From Camelus ferus (Eukaryota): 64,000 bases of DNA. The position numbers and the translations under genes are program-made. Of the stretch, positions 26,132 through 38,745 are shown piece by piece; positions within the stretch are counted from its first letter, which is position 1, and each line of letters begins with the position of its first letter. The stretch is from positions 42,658,001-42,722,000 of the forward strand of contig NC_045697.1 of assembly GCF_009834535.1 (NCBI RefSeq), given 5' to 3'. The notes under the pieces are model-generated. The model searched no databases, had not been told where the DNA came from, and was given only the letters and a program-made list of their open reading frames with translations.

Positions 26132-27544
26132 GTAAGAATCATAACCATAATAGTTTTTTGTTGTTTTTTTTTTTTTTTAATTCCCCGGGTGAGAAAAGAC
26201 TCGCCTGTTTCCCCTGATATCTTCCTACCGCTTTTAAGGGTAAGTTGCTGAACTGCATTTATCATCAGATAATGTTTTTAGTTATCCGTGCCAGCAGCTA
26301 CTTTGGCTATTGGTTTTAAGACAGAAGGATTGGACCTCCCCATAGGCAAACTGCATTAAAAAATGACAGACTGGCGATCAGCACGGCTGAATCCTAATGA
26401 CATTCACTACCAACATATTGTATGTGTTTATTCCTAATAAAAATTAAAATATCAGAAAGATCCCTCTCTTTGGGGCTTAACAAGGAGAGTGAAAATATGT
26501 ATGGAAGTCTCTGAGAAGTCTCTTAAAATTAAAAAAAATTAAAAGATAAAGTTATTTTTTATTACAAGTACTTGGTGATTTTGTCTATAAGAAATAAATT
26601 CAGTGAAGTCCTCTTGGTAAATTCATAATTACTCAGCAACTTATCCTAAATATTTTATTTCCAAAGCAGCTGAGTTAAATCTGTTAAAGAGTTCTGAATG
26701 ATAAGCTGCTAATATTTTATGAGCATAATACTAAATACTTAGTGTAACAGGATTTCCTCCCACCAGGAACACATAAGTACTACTTTGGTATCAGGTAATA
26801 TCAGGGTTACTCCTTCAGTAATCATTAGTGTTAGTTGTGTAAAGAGATCTTTATTCTTAGACTTAAATTGTGTACTTATATTCCATGAATCATTTGATAA
26901 AGTTAGTTATAAGCATCTACTGTTGAAATGTTAATACATTTTGGCATTTGACAGATAGCAAGAAGTTATTCCAAGTCATAAATTTCCATTTATGGAAATT
27001 TGGTTTGGATCTATCCCAGTGGCCAATTAAAAATGGTTTTTCTTTTATTTTTATGTGAATATAAGTTCCCTGTCAGTGCTGCATATTTATAGTCTTTGCC
27101 TTAAATTATTGAAAATGTTACAAAGATTACCAGGAATCGCGTATGTTAGCAATATTCTTGACCTGGCTTTCTAGACTTCATTTTATTCATGTTCAAGTAG
27201 CTATTTTACAATTTGTGGGGAGAGGGGATGCGTCCTGAAATACCGTGTTTAACTCACACTGGACTGACTATTTCAGTGTTACACCAACACTCCAGTCAAG
27301 TGTGCTGCTCACTCTCCCCTGTGCTTAACTTCCATGTCACTGTGGGCCGTCGCTAAAACCCCGCCTTCTCACAAAATCGGTAGCTTACTTTAACCATAAA
27401 TAAATGTAATTTTACTTTCTTAATATTGACTGAAATGATATGGATTGGTTTTTGTTTCCAACTATTAACCGGGTTTTAAGTTATTTGTAAACATCTAATT
27501 GCTGCTCGTGCTTCTGCTCGCAAACCCCCCGGGACCCCCTCCAG

Positions 27545-27772
27545 CGTCAGCAGAACGCCCTGAAGTACGTGACGGAGGAGTGGTGCCAGATCGAGTACGA
27601 GCTGCTGCGGGAGCGCGGGCTGTGGGGCCCCCCCATCGGGTCCCACCTAGACAAGTGGATGTTGGAGATGACAGAAGGGCCCTGCAGGATGAGGAAAAAA
27701 ATGGTGCGAAACGATATGTTTTATAACCATTACCCTTATGTGCCGGAAACGGAGCAAGAGACGAACGTGGCG
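27545..27772 (+). CDS. WDFY3: WDFY3 exon 15: RQQNALKYVTEEW...WMLEMTEGPCRMRKKM...ETNVA
   Basis: cag|CGTCAG, GCG|gtgagt, 228 nt; carries the W.L...EGP.R.R motif found ahead of PH-BEACH in BEACH proteins. Confidence 0.96.
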
Positions 27773-30211
27773 GTGAGTGCGCAGAACTCCGCGTTTGTCG
27801 TGGTGCTTTCACGTTTCCCTTCTCCTTTGTAAGCATTTTCCCTTCTTAGGTCAATTACGTAAAATACCTAATTGAGAAAATTCGATAAACTATGTTAAGT
27901 GGATAATGCCAGGGCGCTGACGGAGGAATGAGGAGATGCAGCAGGGGGACCCCATAGCGAAGTGGCTCCAATCGTGGAACCCGGAGCAGACTGCCGGGTC
28001 TGAGCCCCGCCTCCGCCCCTTTAACGCCAGGCGACCTGGCACCGGCCACTTTGACCTCTTTAGGTTCCTGTTTCTTTATGCCTACAATGGAGAAAACAGC
28101 AAATCTGTTTCAGAAGCTATTAGGAAGATTAAGTTAATTTAAATTAGTGATGTACTTAGAATAGGGTCTGGTACAAAATAAGCACTACTTAAGCGAGTGT
28201 TAAGCAAATAAACATTGCCACTAAGCAGTGTTCTCTGAAGAAATACACAGTGCAGCTAGAGGGACAGCAGCCTGAGTGTGTAGACCTTCCACTGATGTTG
28301 AGAAGCTTCGTCACTAGTTCCACGGGTTTAAAACAAACAGCATTTACCCTTAAATTTTTTTCCTTCAGACAAGTTACCCCTCCCAAAGCCTTCATTCAGA
28401 TTTTTGCACATGACCAGGAAAATTTTGTCTAAGCTGATAGTGATCCAGGAATCATGTTTTTACATTTGGGAAAATATAGTCTTGCCCAATAAAGTCACTA
28501 CAAATTTATAAGGAAAACCATTCATAGCTTAAGTACTTTCATATTCTTGACTTTAATATGATTCTCTCAACAACTGAAGAAACGAAGAATTATAAAGGAG
28601 ACTTAGAACTTGGGTCTTCTAACAAGCAGTTCAGATCATGTAACAGGAGGCAACCTGCATTGTTCCATGCGTGTTTTTTTCTCTGCCAAAACCCTGGCTC
28701 CATTTATCTTGTACTTATTGACTCCACAGCTTTCCTGATACTACTTAGAATATAGGTCTTAGACTCGCTAATATATAGTTATTTAAGATTTTTTAAGATA
28801 GCACCTTAAAGTTTACTTTTCTCAGAGCTATTCCATTCTGTCAGCGCCATACTTGGTAAAGTTGTAATTATAATTTTGAATACTACGGCACTATGTAAAA
28901 AAAAAAAATTCACCCATATTTTTGCAGCCTTTTTCTAGCACCTACTTTTGTCAGAGCAAACCAGCAGTATAATCTCTAATTTTTCATCTGTTATCCCCAA
29001 ATGAAATAATTGATTAAGAACTTAAGCCTGTAGCAGTTTGATATTTCTTATTGAGTCAACACTCAGTCAAGTGGACTCTATTCAAGAATACTAACATGGA
29101 TGAATATGTTCTTGTAAATATGTGCCCGTTCACTATTTTTATTCAGCTGAGGCATATGCTTTTTGAGTTATATAACCACGGTATTTTTTTAATCTTGTCT
29201 ACTCCTTTCCTTCTTTATAACAATGTCATTTGTTTTACAAAAGTATATTTAAAGTTCTGTGTCAGATAAAAACAAAATAACCTATTCAGAGTTCACACAA
29301 CGTTAACATCATTAGCATTTTACCTAAGCAAAGGAGTTCACCAGCCTGTGAAATCTAAACAGTCTCAGAAATAAGTATGTACCATATGGAACTTTTTTTT
29401 TAACCAGATGGGTTACAAATTGGGAAATACGAAGCAGTAAAGAAATGTTGGAAATACGTCTACAAAAAAGGAAAAAGCAGGTGGGAAGGGGAGACAATTA
29501 CAGACTGTGGAATTCATGTTGCTTAATTCACGCACCAGTCAAGGTTAATCTGCTGTGATGAAATTTTCTGAATGAATAATGATTTCGGTATTGCCACTTC
29601 AGAATTTTTTGTATATCTGAAATGCCATTAAATGTCTACTTTTATTTTATGGAATATGCAATCTGGCAATGTTGATAGCAAGGAAAATTCCAAAAAGTAG
29701 AAGCAACTGCTATCCCGCTAATTTCTATTGTGAAGTCAAAAAAAAAGAAGAGCAGATACTTACAAAACACAGTGAGCTTGATGCTCTGCAGAGCGGTTTG
29801 CTTGCAGTTTCACTTATGTCTCATGACAGCCCTCTGAAGTATGTTATGTTATTATCCCAGTTTTACAGATGAGAAACAAATCTAGAAGTTAAGGAACCCC
29901 TCTGGATCACAGCTACTAAGTTACAGAGTGAGATATGATGAGTGTAAGTTGACGGCTCCTCAGAAGCTGAGTTGCTCTTGAAGAAGAAAAGATTCTGCCC
30001 TTTGGTGGTTTTCAAGACAGTATCCATAGACAGTGAATTTCTTCCAGACAGGAACCATATACTTGGTTTTGTCTCTAATGCTGAAGAGTGTCTAGAACTT
30101 AGTAAGTGTTGAGTGAATGGGCTTGCCAGCTGTCTTCGTAAGTTAGAGTGTATCCTTTGCTCCCCATCCAGCATTCTTAGAGAATTTTTCTAATCATTTT
30201 TCCGCTAAAAA

Positions 30212-30396
30212 GGGCTAGAGCCAAATTTTGAGGGGATGAAGTTTATGTAACTGGGGAGGGCTGTATACGAAGAAGAGTATGAAATTATGAATACAAATTA
30301 CTAGGGCCCCCTCACCCAGGGTTTTGAAAGGAGCCTATGGAAAGTGAAGGCTGTCAAAGTGTAAGCTTCATTAACTTCGTGGTAAATCTTCCTCTG
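30212..30396. mobile_element. MER53-like hAT fossil
   Basis: AAATTATGAATACAAATTACTAGGGCC...AAGCTTCATTAACTTCGTGGTAAATC resembles recalled MER53. Confidence 0.55.
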
Positions 30397-32662
30397 CTCT
30401 GAACTGTATTAAATATTGCCTCCCCGAGTTGGAGATCAGTCACGTCGTACATTTCGTCGTACCAGCTCCCATAAATGCATTGCCCTCTTTGCACACATGT
30501 TTATAGAATTTAGGCTGTACTTTTTACCATGTAACAGGTATATCAGGTATAACAGGTGCAACCTAAAAATTGCTTTTGAAGCATCTTGACAGGTAAAACA
30601 GGCTTTACCTGGAGCAAAGGCAAATGATTTGATCTTTGCATTATTTATTAAGAACAATTATTGTTTTACGTGACCTTTAAATTTTTAGTCTGTTGCTTGC
30701 ACTGAATGAGTACAGCAATGATTTAAAAGTTAGGTTCTTGTTTTTAAAACTTTGATGTGTTAGAAATTAATCAAGTAATTATTTCTTTGGGCATTGAAGT
30801 TTTATTTCTTTAAGCTGAGTAATGTTACTGTATTAAAAATAACTTCCTATTATAAGTTTTGAACTTTTTTTATTTTCAAATTAGATGTCTGTTTATAGAA
30901 TGTAGAACATATTTTAATGTTTCATTTATCACAGACCTAAAAGCTTAGAAAGTTTATCAACTGAATAAAAATATATGTAGGTGTCACAGGACTAGAAACT
31001 AAGCAGATCGTTCAGGAAATTCCATTGCCAGAAATGCAGAAAAATTGGAAGTAAAGGGACTATAAAATTATTTTTGAGAAATTATGACTGAAAGATTTAG
31101 ATTTCTGTATAAGCATAATTATGATAATAGCTTAGTTATAAAATTGTTAAAGATGAGAGCTATGATAATACCAAAATTATTGTTATAACATACATCTTTG
31201 TTATTGAACACTGTGTCTTTTAGTAAAATGAGAACCTCAGTCAGCCAGTGGCTCAAGGAGCAAATAGATATTAAACCTGCACTGTGCTGTAAGCTGCAGG
31301 GAAAATACAAGTGCGTACACGTCAGACCCTGCCCCCATTCTGGCTGGGGACATAGAGTGGACATCAGAGTTGAGTTTGACAATAGTCATTGGTCCACTTT
31401 GCTATATCGGTTTATTATAGATCTATCCTGTGATCTATCTTTTTTTTTTTTTAAATTAACTTCAAAGTGAATTGCAGAATCAGTACCCTTCACCCCTGGA
31501 TACTTCCACATGTAGTAGTTCAATATTTGTAGTCCAGTATTTGTTTATAATTCCCTTTTATTGATGTAAATTTTACATACACTGAAATATATAAATCTTA
31601 AATGTGCCATTCAGTGAGTTTTAACAAATGTGTAGTATATACTAATGTAACCCAAATCTTTACCAAGACCAAGAATGTGTTTATGTATTTTAAAGATTAT
31701 CCTTCAATATAAGGTATGCTTTTAAAAGTTTGTTTTTAAGGAGCAAGGTTTACTAAAACGATACGAAGTATTTGAAAGTATGCCCAGCAGTCCAGTGTTT
31801 GTTTTGCCAAGGGAAGCAAACATTTGAGAAAGCATTTTGCCTGCTCATATTTACTCTAGGGAAAGGTACTAGAAGTCATCTCCAGATATAACCCATGAAA
31901 AGGAAGAAAAATTGGAATAGTTCTTGGATGTGTTATTGTCTGTCTGTCATTATCTCTGTTTACATGCATAATCCACAGACTCCAGCTCAACAGAAATTGC
32001 CTTCTTGTTAATTGGAATTTTATTCTGAGAATAAATTATAAAGCTACTACCTAATTCTTTAAAAAGTACTTTTTACAAAAACTTTTTGTTTGCAGGCTGA
32101 TGATGCAGCTTCCCTTCTTTCAGCCTTTCTGGGGTCATAGCCAAGAAGGTAGCGAAGGAATTAGGTCCTTGGGCTTTTACGGTTAGAGGGGTTTTTTTTG
32201 CTAACGAGCACTTAGTGATTTCTGTGGTTGGGAGTATTGTAGGTTAATAGTTTAAATCAGTGCTTCTGTTACAACACAGACCTAGGGATAAACACAGTAA
32301 AAGGTAGGTGGAAGATAATAGCTAGCATTAAGTTCTATTTTCCAGTTTTCTGTTTTTCCCCTTTGATGCCTACATAGAGTTGCCTGTAAGTCATCCATGA
32401 CAGCCTGTGTGATCTGTAAATTTGTCCTGTTCAATAGCCTTGAGAATTTTACTGTATTGAAGTTTTACTTTAAAACTACTTTTGATAATAGAGAGAATAG
32501 TCACATCACATGATGCTAAGTGATGACAAGCAGCTTAGGATATCATATGAATTTTGAGTGAGTGCATCTTCCATATTTCATATAGTCCTCAAGATTATTT
32601 TATTTTTGTGTTGTTCTTTGTTGTTTTTTTCTGATGTGTCTATACTTAATACCTGTTTTCAG

Positions 32663-32716
32663 TCTGAGATCCCAAGTAAACAGCCTGAGACACCCGATGA
32701 TACCATTCCTCAAAAG
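32663..32716 (+). CDS. WDFY3: WDFY3 exon 16, 54-nt symmetric cassette exon: SEIPSKQPETPDDTIPQK
   Basis: cag|TCTGAG, AAG|gtaaaa, phase 0/0; matches a segment I recall as alternatively spliced in human WDFY3. Confidence 0.9.
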
Positions 32717-32810
32717 GTAAAACACAAGTTACCACAAAAGAATGCAAAATACTTGCAGTTTTGTTTTTTGAGTATTTTTGTTTTGTTTTTTTGTTTGTTT
32801 TTGTTTTTAG

Positions 32811-33446
32811 TGCATGGTAGACTAGACTAACTTAAAGGACTGACTTTCAATTTGTTGTTTCTGTAAGTTCCTTAGAGTTGAAAAGTTAGTTTCATTCATG
32901 CTGGGAGATGTTCTTGTCTCTCTCAGCTTTGTTCTGATTAGCTTTCTAGGGTCTGTATGCTGCTCACTAACAGGCTGAGTGTTCACTGCTCTCACCATGA
33001 GATGTGTACGGCTTCACACATGAACTAACAAGTCCCAAGGCATGTTAGTAATGGGCAGTCTGACACCATCAACTTTTTTTTTTTAATTACTCATTTAACT
33101 CTTCTAGATATTAAACAGTATATATTTTGAGAATGCAAGTATATCCCCTTTCAAAATTTCTCTTTTCAATCAGAAGGAACTAAATGGAAAGTAAGAATGT
33201 GTGATCACTTTTTAAATACAATTTTATTTTAATTAGTTTAAATTTTTATAATTGTTCTTTTTTTCTCCAGAAAGATTTAGTATATAATTCAGTTTTTTAA
33301 AAACGCAGTTCTTTACAGTGCAGAAATATACTTTAAAATATTTGGGGGAAGATGCTAATAGTTCCAAGTTTAAGTTGGATATGAAGTCAGTAATCAAGTA
33401 GATGTTGTCCCACATCTATTAATTCATTGTCTTGCCCATCACTAAC
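32811..33446 (+). promoter_or_regulatory. Intronic splicing-regulatory cluster (RBFOX TGCATG plus four QKI ACTAAC) downstream of the cassette exon
   Basis: TGCATG 32811; ACTAAC 32826, 32966, 33024, 33441; GCATG 33040. Confidence 0.6.
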
Positions 33447-34939
33447 TATGCTTTCATCTTTTTAACATTGAACAATTTTGAGTTGAAGGTAATTGTTAAA
33501 CCTCACGTAGAGAATTGTTACAGTACAAAATTTGCTTTCATTTCAGAAATATCACAGTATTCTTATTAGTTTTCTCATCAGGTTGATCCTTCCATAATTG
33601 TTTATTATTTTACATCATTTCAGTACTTTCCTCTGTGATGTAATATATTTCGGTTTTCATTTGATGAGTGTCATTCATTCATCAGTCAGCATGCAGCTCT
33701 CTCCACTCCCTGACTCTGTGCCTGAAGTTAAAAGAAGGGTAATGGTGGCTCGAGTTAGGCATCTTTCATCTCAAAATTGGCTCAGTATTTTAGTCTAAAT
33801 ATTCCAACCAGTTGGACACTTGTTTTCCACTTCAGTTGGAAATTATTTTTTAAAAGGTCTTGCTTGAAATAAGCATTATTATAGATAATACATATTAACC
33901 ACTGGAGTTGAAGAGTTAGGCTGACAGAATATTTTCAGTCAGATATTCTTATTCATAAGAAAGGAAAAGTGAAATAATGTTTAGAAAGGGAAGGGTTTAA
34001 AGCATGTTTCAAACTCCATCTTTTTCTTAATTGTTAATTCAAAGTCTGAGTCTAATTCTGAACAGGGAACCTGTATACATATAAACTTCTCCATATGATT
34101 TTAAGTTTTTGTAGGAAATTTTAAACCTTTTTCATTGTCTATGGTTTTAAGGAAAAAAAACATTTGCATCAGTTGGAGAACATGTTTTTAGGATAAATAT
34201 TAATTATTCTGAAAGGGACGTGCTCTTGTATCATACGTCAAAAAGTTCTTCTAAAGTTTCTGGGTATTACTTTCTTCAGAATGGACTTAAATGTGCTTTT
34301 GATATACTCATTTAGTTAGTTTATAGATCATATTCTTTTACACCACAGACAACAGGGGTGTTTTAGCAAATTAGAGATACCAGCTCAGAGTGGTAGACCA
34401 ACTAGACAGTGTCATCTGGCCTGAAGCTGGTTGATGCCACATGGGGTCAGGACTCTGAGGGTTTCAGCCATTTCCAGAGTTCCAGTGAGACATGGGAATA
34501 TGGGAAGGAACAGGGCAGCTCCGGGTCTTTACCTCCAGGTATCTGAAGTAAACACTCTCATGGGTGATTCCAACTGAATGGATGGCCTAACCTTTTTTAT
34601 TTTACTTGGAGTGGAAGCAAATTTCCAGACTCCTCACGGACTAGACACCCCCTTGCAACTTGATGCTCTCAGCGCTGGGCATTCTCCCTGCTGTACTGAT
34701 GCACCGGTGAGGCCGTACTGTACTAACAAGAAAACATCTGACTAGAGATGATATCTTTCTTTTTCCGAGAAGAGCAAAACTGCTAATATTGTTGTTTTGT
34801 ATTTGTCTTTTCAAAATCAATGCAATTTAAAAATAGAGAAGCTTAACCCCAAAGTTTCTTTGGATTTACTCTGTATAAATACCGTCTATTAATTCTTGAA
34901 GATAAGTCTTCTGAGTCCTTTCCTTTTGTTGTTTCTTAG

Positions 34940-35108
34940 AAACCTGCTCGATACAGAAGAGCCGTAAGTTATGACAGTAAGGAGTACTACATGCGACTGG
35001 CCTCTGGGAACCCAGCCATTGTCCAAGATGCCATCGTAGAGAGTTCTGAAGGTGAAGCCGCTCAGCAAGAACCAGAGCATGGTGAAGACACTATCGCTAA
35101 AGTCAAAG
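34940..35108 (+). CDS. WDFY3: WDFY3 exon 17: KPARYRRAVSYDSKEYYMRLASG...IAKVK
   Basis: tag|AAACCT, AAG|gtcagc, 169 nt. Confidence 0.95.
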
Positions 35109-35722
35109 GTCAGCCTTCCTCTTTGATTCTAATTAAAAACCATTTGGGAGCATTCCTTCTACTTGAATTTATATGAAAATAATTAGCAACTGTGAACAGT
35201 GCGGCCAACTTTAAAAGTATCCGTGCATATCTTACCACCTCACCCTTCTTCAAGATTGATTTCTATCTCAGAACTTAAGAGACTATCCCCTCTTTATTGC
35301 CTACAGATGAATGTAAGTGCCCATTGGCTTGATAATTATATTTATTGAATCTGGCAGTGGCACCTGATATTTTAAGTTAAGGACCTCATAACTGAATAAA
35401 TATTTATAAAGTTGAAACAGCCCCTTCCTGCAGCTTCTCCGTGATCTGGGCCTTAACAAGCCCTACCCGGTCTCGAAGACACTGGTCAAATTGTCCTCCT
35501 CTGATCCTTTTGCAGCAATAGCACTCTGTTCCAACAGCACTTTGCTCCTATCTCGGACAGCAGTTTCAGTGGTCTTTCACTGCTTTATGTTTTCCTAAAT
35601 TGTAAGCATCTCAGAAGCAGATGCTTACATTATACCTATTCTGTCTCATGATGACTATGAATTACTAAACATTTCATAATCGATCTAACATTTTCATTGA
35701 ACCCCTGAGACTTTTAGTTGTT

Positions 35723-35920
35723 TTTTTGTTTGTTTTGGGGGTTTTGGGGGTGGGGGAGATAATTAGGTTTATTTATTTACTTATTCTTACAGGAGATACT
35801 GGGGATTGAACCCAGGATCTCATGCATGCTAAGCATGCACTCTACCACTTGAGCTATACCCTACCCTCCCCCCTTGATTTTTTCTCTCTTTTTTTTTTAT
35901 GAGGGGGAGGTAATTGGGTT

Positions 35921-35951
<31 letters not shown>

Positions 35952-35976
35952 TTTGGAGGAGGTACTGGGGATTGAA
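35723..35976 (-). mobile_element. Dimeric SINE (5'-truncated monomer plus full monomer) between 16-bp TSDs
   Basis: GAGACTTTTAGTTGTT at 35707-35722 and 35977-35992 brackets two tandem SINE units. Confidence 0.85.
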
Positions 35977-37270
35977 GAGACTTTTAGTTGTTGAACAGGG
36001 TTTTCAACCTTCTCGTTTCTCAACACTGCACTCACAAAGTTACTGAGATGGGTCCAAATCTGTATTTACTGGCCGTAAGCCAGGGTATATAATTCACAGA
36101 GTTTATGTTTGAGTCATTGGCATTTAATTTCTCTTGGCCTCATTTTCCTAATCTCCAATTGAGCTAAAGCCACAAATATTGGTGTCACTGCTATAATATG
36201 TAAGATATTGTGCTAGACATAGAGTTGGAGGTCTTGATTCATCAAATTGAAAACAAAGCAGCTGCAAGCTTTTCCCCCTTGTGAATGTTCTCAGCAGGAC
36301 TTGATCTTTCTTACTTATTTATTATATTCTTTCATATGTGAAAATAAGGTTCTTCCCAAGGCAAAGCAGAACCTCTGATAACTCGTGTTCAGAGGATAGG
36401 ATTCTATCAGGCTAACTTATGTTTTTCCAAACTTCTTAGAGCAACTATCACTGGTAGACGTAACAGTACTTTTTTTTGTACAACTAAAGAATAGGAAAAT
36501 AAATGTGAGATTCAGAGTTCATTTTGAGTACTTCCCATACTTTAGGGTATCAGTGGTTGCTCTCATTAGCCGATTTTAATTTTACCTCATGTGGTTATTA
36601 ATAAAATTACTGAAATGTAGGCAGTAAAATGTTAACTTATTTGGCAAATTATCTGGCCCTGTACTAAAAAGAATTATGTTCTTATTCTTTATGACCTGAT
36701 GATTTAATCAAATTCATTCACATATGAGTGACCATACTGCCACTTGTAACATGAGTCTTGAAATAGTCCTCATGGGCCCTCCAGGTAGGTGGGATCTCAT
36801 ATAATCGTGTTTATAACTTGTGTCTTTGTTTCTGATAATGATTGATTATCTCTTGCTGGTATCCCCTCAGTGACACCTGTCGATTAGCACCATACTCTTA
36901 CCATCAGTTATGCTAAGCTCTCTATTTATCATCATCTGACTCTTACTGAGAATTTAGCATTTACTAAGCATAATACAAAGCACTTTGTGTGAATTACCTG
37001 TTTTAGTCCTTCAACAGTCCTCCAGGTGTCCAGGATAGATAGTACTCTTGTCCCGGTTTTACAGATGACAAACGAAGGCTCAGAGTGGGGCAGACAGTGT
37101 TCTCAGCTCCAGAGGCTGCGCCGTTGACCACTGAGCCACGCTGCCTCCCCCTGCCTTCCGGCATCGCCTCAGGTGGGGAGTGTGCAGGAGGCACTGCTTG
37201 AGACTAAGCCGCTCCCCTAGAGTGGCCCCTGCAAGACCACCACATGACCCTCTTAATTCTTATCCTGCAG

Positions 37271-37434
37271 GACTGGTCAAGCCTCCTCTGAAACGGTCTC
37301 GATCTGCACCTGACGGAGGAGATGAGGAGACGCAGGAGCAGCTGCAAGACCAGATTGCCGAGGGCAGCTCTATAGACGAAGAGGAGAAGACGGACAATGC
37401 CACTCTGCTGCGCCTCCTAGAGGAGGGAGAAAAG
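37271..37434 (+). CDS. WDFY3: WDFY3 exon 18: GLVKPPLKRSRS...LLEEGEK (start of BEACH-type PH domain)
   Basis: cag|GACTGG, AAG|gtgctg, 164 nt. Confidence 0.95.
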
Positions 37435-37499
37435 GTGCTGTGCTTCTGAGAAGGAGGCATTGTATTAAGGGATTTGAGTCCATTTTACAACAGTAGTTG

Positions 37500-38375
37500 A
37501 TGGGTATCTCTCTGGTGGCCAGTGATAAATGAGTATTTTAGCCTTCGTGATGAAGTCAGTAGTCAGCACCCTTTTGGGTTCAGTCCTCTGCTTCTCTCAC
37601 CCTCAGGATTCTCTGACCTCCCTGACCTCCCTGAACAGCATGATGTGTACCGGATGCAGTGTTAGTAGCTGACACCTCGCTCACTGTCTCCCTCTGCTGT
37701 TTGAGTCTGCCACTCTCACCCTAATTCTCTGTTTCACACCCATGCACGCAGCCCGTTCAGTAACGTAGCCTTGTATTGCTTCCTCCGCCTCCGTAGTTCC
37801 AGCCACCACACGAGCAGCTTCACCAGCCCGTGTCATCACCCCCAGCCTTGTGTTTAATGCCTGCCTTCCTTCGCTCACAGGAGACTACTTTGCCTTCCTG
37901 TTTCTCTCTCAACCTCCTACACCCTGCCGGCGCCTCTAGGCTCCCTTTGCTGGCTCCTCCTTGTAGCCTGAACCCTCTGTGGCACTTTTTGCTCTGAAGT
38001 TCACTACACCCATGACGTTAGTTCTTTACTCTGCACTCTAGTCATTGTGCTCTCTGCCTGAGTGCCCCTCTGTCCATGACTTTGTAACCTCTAGCCTAGT
38101 AACTCCCATTTGATACAGCCTCATTTCTCTGGATGTCTTCAATACTCACACATAAGGAGATTTCCTTTGCTGCCTTGCCAGCTTAGGCTTAGTTAGACAC
38201 CCTCCTCTGTGCTTTTATAAAGCCTCGTATATATCACTCATGTTATCATTGATAAAATGTGCCTTACGCAGTTTCAGGCACCTGATAGATACCCAGTAAA
38301 CCTTTGAATGAAGGAGTGATTGGTTGAATAAATAAAATAAAGGTTGAATAAATGAACAAAGGAATGAATGAATTG
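37500..38375. mobile_element. Degenerate L2 fragment ending in (GAAT)n
   Basis: Pyrimidine-rich body and TGAATGAA/AATGAATGAATT terminus. Confidence 0.5.
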
Positions 38376-38589
38376 AATGTAGAAAGTATCACCTTTTCAA
38401 AGGTTGTTTTTGCCTGTTACATTAGATCTTAGTATAACCCTTGAAATCTTACCCACTAAGAAATAGTAACTATAAATTAGGGTTTACTTTTTTAAATTCT
38501 GTTCAGATTTATGGCCTGAATAATCGTGAATGAAAACATGAAAAGAAAAATGACATAACTGTAAAAGTACATTAGATCTGAAGGAAGCT

Positions 38590-38745
38590 CAGAGCGGCTT
38601 CTGGGGTCTGGGGAGTATTCTATTTTTTGATCTGGTTGCTGGTTGCATCATATTTTAAGCATCTGAAAATTCATCAAGCTATGCACTTAATGAAATGAAA
38701 AATAAACATTTTTCTGTATATATAGTATACTGCAATAGAGTTATT
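38590..38745 (+). mobile_element. L1M 3' end fragment
   Basis: TTCTATTTTTTGATCTGG...AAAATTCATCAAGCTATGCACTTAA. Confidence 0.55.

Noticed and set aside
27495..27836. 113-aa antisense ORF over exon 15
   Set aside because: Shadow ORF caused by the GC-rich coding exon; no independent support.
35800..35870. tRNA-Ala(AGC)-like sequence (also at 1-68, 1060-1130 and 50113-50190)
   Set aside because: These are SINE heads with A-rich tails, TSDs in several cases and scattered mutations, not tRNA genes.
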